This document shows, piece after piece, positions 1 to 8,550 of a stretch of DNA of 64,000 nucleotides. The notes below the pieces were generated by a model. That model did not search any database. It was not told the origin of the DNA and saw only the letters and a list, made by a program, of their open reading frames with translations. This DNA comes from Gemmatimonadota bacterium (GTDB taxonomy: Bacteria; Gemmatimonadota; Gemmatimonadetes; Palauibacterales; Palauibacteraceae). The stretch covers positions 224,001 through 288,000 of the forward strand of contig OY762926.1 in the NCBI GenBank assembly GCA_963666735.1, given 5' to 3'. Both the position numbers and the translations under genes were made by a program. The number at the start of each line of letters is the position of its first letter. Within the stretch, counting starts at the first letter, position 1.

Positions 1-320
1 AGCAGGTCTTCAGGCGGAGGGCGCCGTATCCCGGGTGGCGGCATCATCCCGGCGCGCAGCTTCCGGATCATCTTCTCCGCCGTCTCCGCCTCGAGGTGCG
101 CCATCGCCACCTCGAAACGCTCCAGCGAGAGGTTCCCCAGCACCCGCGTGTCGTTGTGGCAGTTCGTGCAGACCTGGCTCACGATCCTCTGCGGGATCGT
201 GTCCGGGGCGAATCCGGAGGCCCGGGCGGGGGGAGGGGCGGAGAGGGACGAGCCGCCGGGGAGCGCGGAAATCGGCCCCCAGAGGGCGATACAGGACAGC
301 GCAACCGCGAGTCTCTTCAT
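1..320 (-). CDS. 5' part of a secreted c-type cytochrome-domain protein (PSCyt1/DUF1592-type); runs off the window
   Basis: Manual translation MKRLAVALSCIALWG...VCTNCHND...EKMIRKLRAGMMPPPG: signal peptide, CxxCH heme motif and KLRAGMMPP motif. Not in the ORF track because it is partial. Confidence 0.75.
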   Translation of the reverse strand, partial: MKRLAVALSCIALWGPISALPGGSSLSAPPPARASGFAPDTIPQRIVSQVCTNCHNDTRVLGNLSLERFEVAMAHLEAETAEKMIRKLRAGMMPPPGIRRPPPEDL

Positions 321-440
321 GGAATCGCCCGTCCTCCGCGACGGTAGTGCGATCTGACTCTTCGAACCTACTCCTGTCTAACCCTTCAATATAGGGACGC
401 CGACCCGATTTCGCCCTACGCTCGCCCGCGTTCGGCCTAG

Positions 441-2085
441 GAGCCTGCGCCGTAGAAACCGATGGTGCGGCGCGTTTCGGGTGGTTATGGTGATGGCGTG
501 CTGTGACGGGTTCAAGTTCGGCGCGGGGAGTTGGCGATGAGTGCGAGGTCTCTACCGTACGATCCGGAGAGGATGCGGACGAGGTTCCGCCCGTACGATC
601 CGGACCAGCGGTTGCTGCTGCCGCAGGATCTTCGCGAGTGGGTGCCGGCGGGGCATCTGGCGCACCACGTGAGCGATCTGGTGGACGCGCTGGACCTGTC
701 GGCGTTCTACGCGCGGTACGAGGGGGACGGACGCCGTCGGAGCCCGTACGATCCGCGGATGATGGTGAAGGTTCTGCTGTACGGTTACGCGACGGGGGTG
801 TTCTCGTCTCGGAAGCTGGCGCGGAAGCTGGAGGAGGACGTGCCGCTCAGGATGCTGGCGGCGGGGAACTTTCCGGCGCACCGGACGCTGTGCGAGTTCC
901 GGAAGAAGAACCTGAGGGCGTTCGGTGCGTTGTTCGCCGAGGCGGTGCTTCTGGCGCGGGAGCTGGGTCTGGCGGGGCTGGGCCGGGTGGCGGTGGACGG
1001 GACGAAGGTTCGGGCGAACGCGAGCAAGCGGAAGGCGATGAGCTACGGGCGGATGGGTCCGGAGGAGGCGCGCCTGGAGGCGGAGATCGCGGAGTTGCTG
1101 GCGCGTGCGGAGGCGGCCGACGCGGAGGAGGACGAGCGGCACGGGGAGGACGTTCGGGGCGACGAGCTGCCGGAGGAGCTGAAGCGGCGGGAGGACCGGC
1201 TGGCGGCGATCCGGGCGGCGCGGGCTCGTCTGGAGGCGGAGGCGCGGGAGCGCGACGACGCGCGGGGCCGGGAGCCGGAGTGGGACCGCAACCCGAAGGG
1301 GGGGTCGCCGTACAAGCTGGCCTACGGGGAGCCGGAGGCGGACTCGCAGACGAACTTCACGGATCCGGAGAGCCGGATCATGCGGACGAGCACGGAGGGC
1401 TACCAGCAGTGCTACAACGCGCAGGCGGTGGTCGACGGCGAGAGCCAGCTGGTGCTGGGGGCGGAGGTGACCGACAACGCGAGCGACCAGGGGCAGCTGG
1501 TGGAGCGGGTGGACGAGGTGTCCGGGCGGTTGGGGGAGACGCCGGGCGAGGTGCTGGCCGACGCGGGCTACTCGAACGAGGAGGATCTGGCGGCTCTGGA
1601 TGCGCGGGGGATCGACGGCTACGTGGCGCTGGGCCGGGAGGGCAAGGGGGCCGGCAAGCCCGACCCGAAGAAGCTCCCGGCGACGGCGCGCATGGCGAAG
1701 AAGCTGGAGACTCCCCAGGGCCGGGCGGTGTATGCCAAGCGCAAGTGGATCGCCGAAGCGCCCATCGGGTGGGTCAAGGAGGCGATGGGGTTCAGGAGGT
1801 TCAGCCTCAGGGGCTTGGAGAACGTGCGCGGCGAGTGGGATCTGGTGTGTCTGGCGCTCAACGCGCGGCGCCTCCACGTCCTTCGGGCCGCGTGAGGGGC
1901 GAAATCTTCGCGCCGGAGGGCCTCCGGGGCCCGAAACGCGGCCGGATCCACCCGGAAACGGCGCCGGCGCGGCGGCTTCGCCCGCGCGACGGCGGCTCCC
2001 GCCGACAACCGGCGCCCCTCAGCCTCCGGGCGGCCGCGCTTCCCGGGATCCGCCGCCCTTCGCGACCGTTCTACCGCGCAAGCTC
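441..2085 (+). mobile_element. IS1182-family insertion sequence, 1645 bp
   Basis: 17-bp terminal IRs GAGCCTGCGCCGTAGAA (441-457) and TTCTACCGCGCAAGCTC (2069-2085) with 2 mismatches; CTAG on both flanks (437-440, 2086-2089); one transposase ORF. Confidence 0.93.
537..1895 (+). CDS. IS1182-family DDE transposase
   Basis: YDPRMMVKVLLYGY...SSRKL, AVDGTKVRANAS, TDPESRIM, YNAQAVVD, LADAGY, YAKRKWIAE motifs; GGGGAG upstream of ATG 537. Confidence 0.93.
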   Translation: MSARSLPYDPERMRTRFRPYDPDQRLLLPQDLREWVPAGHLAHHVSDLVDALDLSAFYARYEGDGRRRSPYDPRMMVKVLLYGYATGVFSSRKLARKLEEDVPLRMLAAGNFPAHRTLCEFRKKNLRAFGALFAEAVLLARELGLAGLGRVAVDGTKVRANASKRKAMSYGRMGPEEARLEAEIAELLARAEAADAEEDERHGEDVRGDELPEELKRREDRLAAIRAARARLEAEARERDDARGREPEWDRNPKGGSPYKLAYGEPEADSQTNFTDPESRIMRTSTEGYQQCYNAQAVVDGESQLVLGAEVTDNASDQGQLVERVDEVSGRLGETPGEVLADAGYSNEEDLAALDARGIDGYVALGREGKGAGKPDPKKLPATARMAKKLETPQGRAVYAKRKWIAEAPIGWVKEAMGFRRFSLRGLENVRGEWDLVCLALNARRLHVLRAA

Positions 2086-2921
2086 CTAGGCGGATCCTCC
2101 GCGCCCCCCGGCTCCGGCCCGGTGCAGCTTGTACATCCCGATGGTCAGCAGCGGCAGCACGAAGATGAAGAGAAACACCCAGCTCAGGGCGCCGAATCCG
2201 GTGGCGATGAGATCGATGATTCCGAATCGCTGGAACGCGATCTGGAACCCGCGACCCGAGCAGCTCGATCAGATGGTTGGCGGGCACGGGCCGCTGCAGG
2301 ATGTCGGGGTACTGGCTCGCCATCGCCACGAGGAAGAGGATGCCCGGGATCATCGCGACCGGACCCGTCAACGCGCCGGCCCACAGCGCTTCCCGCCGCC
2401 GCCGGATGTGGCGGGTCGCGAACAGCATCGCCGGCACGAGCGAGAGCTGCAGGACTCCGTAGCGGAACCCCGACAGCGCCCAGCCGCCGCGTACTTCTCC
2501 CGACGCGAGCGCCGCCCCGATGCCATCGCCGAAGCGGGCGATCGACCAGGCGAAGAAGACGATGTAGGCGCCGTACAGGAGGAAGGACCAGCCGGAGAAG
2601 AACCGCTCGATCGTCCCCGTCCCCTTGAAGACGAGGAAGCCGATGGCGGCGAGGAGCCCGATCACCCCGACCGCGTACGGGAGACCGAACGTCTCCAGCA
2701 GGAACGTCCCCGCCGCCGATCCGATCACGGCCAGAATCAGGAGGACGGCGCACGGGAAGCCGATCTCGTACACGAACCAGGCGCGGCCCAGCAGCCCGCC
2801 CAGCGGTCCGAACCGGAGGAAGAACTCCACGAGTTCGCGCCCCGTCCCGTACCCACCCGCGATGATGATGGACTGGAAGACGAACCCCGGCAGCAGATTA
2901 CCGCCGAAACCACGAACTCAT
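2086..2921 (-). pseudogene. Decayed YkvI-like membrane protein
   Basis: MSSWFRR is followed by TAA plus 1 extra base, then LLPGFVFQSIIIAGGYGTGRELVEFF. A second frameshift lies near 2250 (ELLGSR / FQIAFQ). The stop TAG coincides with the IS target CTAG. Confidence 0.75.
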
Positions 2922-4849
2922 CGGCTCCTCCCGACGCGCTGACCCTGGCAGCGGGGATGCACCGGCGCTTCACGAGGAGACGCGAGCGGTTCACGCCGAT
3001 ACTCGACCAGCGCCGACCGGCCGACGATCTTGAGTATCCGGATCCAGCACTCGCTCCCGGCGTCGTCCCCGGCGTCGTCCTCCACGTGAAGCAGGGGAGA
3101 CTCAAGACCCGGCCGAATGTACACTGGCCGCTCCGGCTCGCCGGTCATCTCGCCGGCCATCTCGCCGGTCATCTCGCCATTGATGGCGATATTCTCCGCC
3201 CGGATGTGTGCCGTGTCGAACGTCTGGCCGAACGGTGACAGGTAGTCGCCGGCGGTGACGGTCACACGCCCCGCGAGGCCCGGAATGCTGCCCCAACCCT
3301 GCGGGAAGATGACGCCACCGCCGCCCGGAAGGCGGGCGAGTTCGATCGCGACCGTCCGCTCCGCCGGGATCCATTCGCGCTCCAGCCATGCCTCGAAGCC
3401 GGGAGCGGCTACGAACAGCGTAAGTGGCAGCGTGAGCGGCAGACTCGGTGACGGACTCGGTGAACGGTTCGCTGACGGCGGACGAGCGGCCAGGTCGAGG
3501 ATCGCCTCGCCGCGCGCGTCGGTCCTCGCGGACTTCCACCTCACATTCGGATGAATCGGAGACACCACAAGGACATTCGCACCGGCGACCGGCCGCCCTC
3601 CCGAGAGTACTTGCACGACGCCGGCTCCATCACGCAGGGCCGCGTCGCGGACCATCCGCCACGGCAGAACTTCGCCGTCCCTCCACGCCTGGCGCTCATC
3701 GCCGCCGTACACGACGACGGGATCGCCAGCGAGCGGCTCCGGGAAGTGATTTCGCACGCGCCGGATCGTGCGCAACATGTCTGACGAGAGCGAGCCCGAG
3801 GATCTTGCCTCGACCAGGGTCCGTCTCGGCGTTCGGCCCGGCGTCCGGCCGCTCGCGTGGTCGATCACCAGGTCCGCCTCGACGCCGTTCCGGTCTCGAT
3901 AGAAGGTCAAGCCCAGCTGTCCCAGACCCAGGTTGGACCGGTTCTTCAACACTTCCGAGACCACCCAGGTCTCGAAGATGGGGCCGCGCAGCGGGTGGGA
4001 ACCCAGCTGGCGCAGTTCGTGGATGCCCAGGAGCCAGCAGGCCAGGCCGGTGTCGCAGAAGTAGAGTTTCGGTGTTTTCACGAGCCGCTTGCGGAGGTTG
4101 CCGCGGAACGCGGGCAGGCGGAACGCAATGCAACTTGCCTCGAGGACATCGACCCACTTCTTGGCCGTCGGCCGGGAAATACCACAGTCGTTGGCCAGCG
4201 ACGAGTAGTTGAGGAGTTGGCCCGTGCGGCTCGCACACGACTCAAGGAATCGCTGGAACGTCGCGAGGTCGCCGACGTTCAGGATCGTTCGAACGTCGCG
4301 TTCCAGATACCTGTCGATGTACGCGCGGAGCCAGGCAGTCGGATCGAGTGCATGATCGAGGATTCGCGGATAGCCCCCGGTGAAGATCGCTTCGTCGAGA
4401 CTGACTGGGGGGTGGGCGAAGCGTCGGATTTCTCCCCATGTCAGCGGCAGCAGTTCGTGTAGTTCGGCGCGCCCGGCCAGCGATCGGCTGATGGACTCCG
4501 GGAGGAGCGGATTCCGGGAGCCGACGAGGATCCAGCGGCCGGGCGCCGGGTCGTCGTCAACGGTGCCCCGCAGGTAATGCAGCAACGCGGGCGCGCGTTG
4601 GATCTCATCGATGACGACCCCTTCCGCACCGTCCGGTTCCGCACCGTCCGGGAGTTCTGCGAGGAAGCCGCATGGATCGCCGAGCGCGAAGGCTCGCGCG
4701 TCCGGCGCTTCGAGCGTCCGGTAGACGTGCGTAGGGAACAGGGCCCGGCACAGCGTCGTCTTCCCACTCTGCCTGGGCCCCGTGAGCGTCACGACGGGCA
4801 TGGTCGCCGCGGCCCGTCTGAGCAACGGTGCAAGATCTCGCGCGATCAT
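2918..4849 (-). CDS. AAA_14/DUF4143 ATPase with a long C-terminal beta-rich extension
   Basis: GPRQSGKTT Walker A, IDEIQ Walker B, TGGYP, KTPKLYFCDTGL, FETWV, YRDRNGVEADL; about 220 extra C-terminal aa. Confidence 0.88.
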   Translation of the reverse strand: MIARDLAPLLRRAAATMPVVTLTGPRQSGKTTLCRALFPTHVYRTLEAPDARAFALGDPCGFLAELPDGAEPDGAEGVVIDEIQRAPALLHYLRGTVDDDPAPGRWILVGSRNPLLPESISRSLAGRAELHELLPLTWGEIRRFAHPPVSLDEAIFTGGYPRILDHALDPTAWLRAYIDRYLERDVRTILNVGDLATFQRFLESCASRTGQLLNYSSLANDCGISRPTAKKWVDVLEASCIAFRLPAFRGNLRKRLVKTPKLYFCDTGLACWLLGIHELRQLGSHPLRGPIFETWVVSEVLKNRSNLGLGQLGLTFYRDRNGVEADLVIDHASGRTPGRTPRRTLVEARSSGSLSSDMLRTIRRVRNHFPEPLAGDPVVVYGGDERQAWRDGEVLPWRMVRDAALRDGAGVVQVLSGGRPVAGANVLVVSPIHPNVRWKSARTDARGEAILDLAARPPSANRSPSPSPSLPLTLPLTLFVAAPGFEAWLEREWIPAERTVAIELARLPGGGGVIFPQGWGSIPGLAGRVTVTAGDYLSPFGQTFDTAHIRAENIAINGEMTGEMAGEMTGEPERPVYIRPGLESPLLHVEDDAGDDAGSECWIRILKIVGRSALVEYRREPLASPREAPVHPRCQGQRVGRSR

Positions 4850-4874
4850 CGGTGGATTGGCACCCCTGTGTCGG

Positions 4875-4913
4875 CTTATGCCAATTGCAAGTCTGACCTT
4901 CAATTGGCATAAG
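4875..4913. promoter_or_regulatory. Perfect 13-bp inverted repeat, probable operator of the ATPase gene
   Basis: CTTATGCCAATTG-N13-CAATTGGCATAAG, AT-rich, about 25 bp upstream of ATG 4849. Confidence 0.6.
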
Positions 4914-5005
4914 GCGGTACAGGAAGATCACGCAACCACCACCTGCAGGAACCAGAGATCGGCATTCCCTCGGAGTTGCCCCTCTGGTTGCCGGGCGCGG
5001 CGGGG

Positions 5006-6220
5006 CTAGCCCGGGGCTGGGGGCTCGATTCCGTCACGCCAGGTGGCGAGCGGGATTGGGCTCGGCCGGCGCTCGCGTATCGAGGAGGACAGCACCTCCA
5101 GCACGCGCATCGAGATGCCGCCGAGGCGCTCGCGCCAGCGCTGGCGCCGCTCTTTCGTCGGCTCCCGGGAGCGCGCGAGGTCGGGCTCGAGTATGCGCTC
5201 TCCGATCTCGCGGACGAGACCGGGGGCGCTCGTGATGAGCACGATTTCCGGCTGCATGCGAAAGCTCACGTAGTCGAAGTTCGCCGAACCGAGGACGACC
5301 GAATCGTCGATCCGCATGACCTTGGCGTGGGTCATGGGTCCGGGGAGAATGAGAACCTCGAACCCTTCGCGGCGCGACGCATCGAGCGTGCCCCATTTCA
5401 TCACGGCCCGGTTGTGCGCCTCCGGCATCATCACGGTGACGTGCGCGCCGCGGCGGTGCGCTCGGCCGAGGGCGCTCCAGAACGGCTCGCTGACGTACGG
5501 GCACTGGACGATGATCCGGCGTGTGGCCCGGTCGAGTGCGCGGGAGACGGCAGCGCGCAGCCCGGCGTTGCCCCGGCCGTCGCCGACCACGATCTCGTCG
5601 CCATCGATCTCCGCGGCGGCCGCCTGGTCGTTCCCCCGCCACGTGTGCTCGAAGTCCTCGCGCAGGAACGCCGCAATCCCCGGGCTTTCGATCCGGACCA
5701 TGAAGTCGTGCCAGGCGAAGTTGTGGTCGCTGAAGTTGATCCCGCCCAGGTAGGCGACCCGATCGTCGATCGTGATGAGCTTCTTGTGGTTGCGGGCAAT
5801 GAGTCGGTGAAACCGCCGTCCCACGGGCCACGCGAACCTCACGGGCACCTTCGCTCGCTCCAGCCGGTCGCACATGTCTCCGGTGGCCGCGACCTCCCGC
5901 TGGAGCCCGGCGTCGCGCCGCGCCGCCGGCAGGCCGATGAAGCGGTCGTTGATCAGGTACTTCGTCACGGCGTCCACGACGATGCGCTTCCGGGGCGCCT
6001 CGCAGGCCAGCAGGGCCTCGGCCAGGCCGAGCCCGGCCGCGTCGCCCTCGAACGAGAGCGTCTGGACGTAGACGTAATCGCGCGCCCCACCGATGTCCCG
6101 CTCAAGGTGCTCCCAGAACTCGGCCCCCCCGAGGCAGAGTCGCATCGGAGCGGACGCGGGGTGGCGCGTCCGGGGCGCTCGCGCATCCGTCGCGGGCGTC
6201 CACGCCCCGGTCACGTTCAC
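5006..6220 (-). CDS. Phospholipase D / cardiolipin synthase-like protein
   Basis: HKKLITIDD...GGINF and a variant second motif HAKVMRIDD...GSANF. The GTG start overlaps the upstream TGA; exact start uncertain. Confidence 0.85.
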   Translation of the reverse strand: MNVTGAWTPATDARAPRTRHPASAPMRLCLGGAEFWEHLERDIGGARDYVYVQTLSFEGDAAGLGLAEALLACEAPRKRIVVDAVTKYLINDRFIGLPAARRDAGLQREVAATGDMCDRLERAKVPVRFAWPVGRRFHRLIARNHKKLITIDDRVAYLGGINFSDHNFAWHDFMVRIESPGIAAFLREDFEHTWRGNDQAAAAEIDGDEIVVGDGRGNAGLRAAVSRALDRATRRIIVQCPYVSEPFWSALGRAHRRGAHVTVMMPEAHNRAVMKWGTLDASRREGFEVLILPGPMTHAKVMRIDDSVVLGSANFDYVSFRMQPEIVLITSAPGLVREIGERILEPDLARSREPTKERRQRWRERLGGISMRVLEVLSSSIRERRPSPIPLATWRDGIEPPAPG

Positions 6221-7341
6221 GCCGCCCCACTCCGCGCGTCGCCACGGACGTTGCCCCCCGCGTCGCCCCCCGCGTCGCCCCGGACGTCGCCGACGTGTCG
6301 TCGTGCCTCGGCGACCATGACGAACGCTCCCAGGATCGTCCCGAAGAACGTCGTGAGCAGCCGCCAGCCCACGACCCACAGCACCGTCACCTCGGCGAGC
6401 AGCACCCGGTTCATCATCAGCCCCGTCGAGGCCTCGGCGACGCCGGAGGCGCCCGGCGTGGGCGCGAAGTAGAGGAGGATGTGCTGCAGAAGCTGGAGTC
6501 CGATGAAGGAGAAGTCGACCTGCCCCTGGAGCGCCGCCGCGAGGACGTAGCCCATGAAGTACTTGTTGAGGTAGAGGACGGCGGTCGCGGCGCACACCCA
6601 GACGAGCGTCACCTTTCCGCGCGAGGCCACCGCCCGGACCCCCGCGGCCAGCCGTTCGATCTCACGGCTCAGCAGGCGCCGTCCCGCCGCGGCCCAGCGC
6701 CGGACCCGCGTCCCCCGTCTCGATACCGCGTTGAGCAAGCGTCGGAGCAGCCGAACGGTTTGCCGCCGGGCCGCGACCGCCGAAATCAGCAGCCCGGCCA
6801 GCAGCGCAATGACCGCCACCGCGACGGCAAGCGCGACCAGCACTCCCCGGGACAACGCCCCGCCCGGCAGAAACCCCAGGGCGGCGAGGCCGCCCAGCGC
6901 GAAGAAAAGCAGCGTGGCCACGAACGTCAGCAGCGAGCAGAGGATCGCCTCGGACAACCGCGCCCCGCGCCGGCACAGCACGTAGAGCTGCGCGGCGCCG
7001 CCGCCGGTCTGTGCCGGGGTGATCGCGCCCAGCAGCATGTTCGCCCAGTTCGCCCGCATGCAGTGCCACAGCGAAACGCGCGAGAAGACGCGGCCGTCGA
7101 GGAGCAGTCGATAGCGCACGCCGCCCAGCGTGAAGTCGAGCGCGAGCAGCGCCAGCAGGGCGATGGCGAAGGTTGGCGTGATGCGAGCGAGGATGCTGTC
7201 GAGTTCCGAAGGCGGGCGCCACCGGATGAGCGCCAGGAGTCCCAGCACGGTGAGCCCGCCGAACGCGAGCGCGCCGATGATGAGCTTGCTTCGCGCGGGT
7301 ACGGGGGAACTCGGCAGGGAACTCGGTTGGGGACTCGCCAC
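6217..7341 (-). CDS. Flippase-like membrane protein (lysylphosphatidylglycerol synthase TM family)
   Basis: Multiple TM helices; ITPAQTGG, PTPGASGVAE and WRLLT motifs. Confidence 0.8.
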   Translation of the reverse strand: MASPQPSSLPSSPVPARSKLIIGALAFGGLTVLGLLALIRWRPPSELDSILARITPTFAIALLALLALDFTLGGVRYRLLLDGRVFSRVSLWHCMRANWANMLLGAITPAQTGGGAAQLYVLCRRGARLSEAILCSLLTFVATLLFFALGGLAALGFLPGGALSRGVLVALAVAVAVIALLAGLLISAVAARRQTVRLLRRLLNAVSRRGTRVRRWAAAGRRLLSREIERLAAGVRAVASRGKVTLVWVCAATAVLYLNKYFMGYVLAAALQGQVDFSFIGLQLLQHILLYFAPTPGASGVAEASTGLMMNRVLLAEVTVLWVVGWRLLTTFFGTILGAFVMVAEARRHVGDVRGDAGGDAGGNVRGDARSGAA

Positions 7342-7503
7342 TCGTCCTGTTTTCCTTGGGCCGGAGTACTCGCGCGCACAACGTATCGGCGGGAGAACGA
7401 AAGGGTCTACTACACCTCGCCTACGCCTCGCGGCGGCCGGTGAGATTCAGCGAGCCCGCGCGGACCGTGAGCCGCGCGGGGCGCATGGCGGGGAAGTGGG
7501 GCG

Positions 7504-8418
7504 CTACCTGCCGGTGTTGGCGATGGATTCGCGGATCTTCTCTACGGTGAGCGCGGTCCGGTAGGCCTGGAGCTTGCGGCCGATCTCGATCGTCTTCTCC
7601 TTCGGCGCGATCGGGACGCCGTTGATCTTCGCCAGCCCCGCCTTCACGCGCTGGTCGTAGCGGACCACGGTGGGGTCGACGGTCATCATCAGGCTCGTGA
7701 TCCCGAAGCTGTCGTGGATGCCGTCGTTCTCCGTCTCCACGATCCCGAGTTCGGACTCGAGGAAGTCTCCGCCTCCGTAGCGGTAGTACTCGGGGATGTG
7801 GTGCGCGTGGGCGTCGCCCCAGCGCTCGTTGAGGCGCGCTGCGACGTTTGCCATGCCCTGCACGTTTCCGCCGCTGTCGCCGATGAAGACGATGTGCTCG
7901 AAGCCGTGGGCCCGGAGGCTCGAAGCGACGTCATCGAGGACCGCTTCGAACGTCTCCTGGCGGAGCGAGATCGTGCCGGGATAGCGCATGTGGCCGGACG
8001 GTTCGTCGATGTCGCCCTCGGGGACGAGCTTCATGATCGGCGCGCAGAGGGCATTGCCCAGTTCGCGGGCGATCGCCTCGCACGTCCCCTGCAGCACGTA
8101 GTTGTGTTTGCCGGTCGCAACGTAGGGGCCGTTCTGCTCGATCCCGCCCGTGGAGACGATCGCGATGCCGTATCCGTCGGCCATCATGTCGCGGACTTCC
8201 ATCCAGGTGAGCTCCTCGATCCAGATCGAGTCGAACATCTCGATCGGGCGCTCCGAGACGAGTTCGGCGTCGATCCGGGCCTCGTACTCGGCCATGAGGC
8301 GGGTGCGCTCCTCAGGCGTCATCTCCTGGTTCTGGCCGGTGGCTCCGGCGGGGACCGCGAGGGGGATCGCCGCAAATGCGACCAGCGCGGTCAGAGTCGA
8401 GCGGGCGTGCATCATCAT
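7504..8418 (-). CDS. Secreted creatininase-family protein
   Basis: EELTWMEV, GGIEQNGP, GHMRYPGTISL, GDSGGN, GIHD; signal peptide; AGGAGG before the ATG. Confidence 0.85.
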   Translation of the reverse strand: MMMHARSTLTALVAFAAIPLAVPAGATGQNQEMTPEERTRLMAEYEARIDAELVSERPIEMFDSIWIEELTWMEVRDMMADGYGIAIVSTGGIEQNGPYVATGKHNYVLQGTCEAIARELGNALCAPIMKLVPEGDIDEPSGHMRYPGTISLRQETFEAVLDDVASSLRAHGFEHIVFIGDSGGNVQGMANVAARLNERWGDAHAHHIPEYYRYGGGDFLESELGIVETENDGIHDSFGITSLMMTVDPTVVRYDQRVKAGLAKINGVPIAPKEKTIEIGRKLQAYRTALTVEKIRESIANTGR

Positions 8419-8550
8419 CTTCCTCCTGTTTCCTTGTGCAACCGCGTGGTATTTCACGTCATATTTCGGATGACATTTCACGGTCGAACAAGTGTCGTAG
8501 CTGCACAAGTGTCTGGTCCGGGGAAGCCGGACGGCAAGGGGATCAACACC

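Noticed and set aside
1619..2085. C-terminal part of ORF 1619-2830 running into the IS
   Set aside because: Result of the frameshift near 2250; the original frame stops at 2086-2088.
503..2089. 528-aa Gly/Ala-rich alternative-frame ORF in the IS
   Set aside because: Off-frame overlap of the transposase, explained by codon bias.
7714..8550. N-terminal extension of the 3727-aa PKS ORF, and the 781-aa antisense ORF 7504-9849
   Set aside because: Each is the antisense shadow of the other real gene; starts were set at 8551 (+) and 8418 (-).
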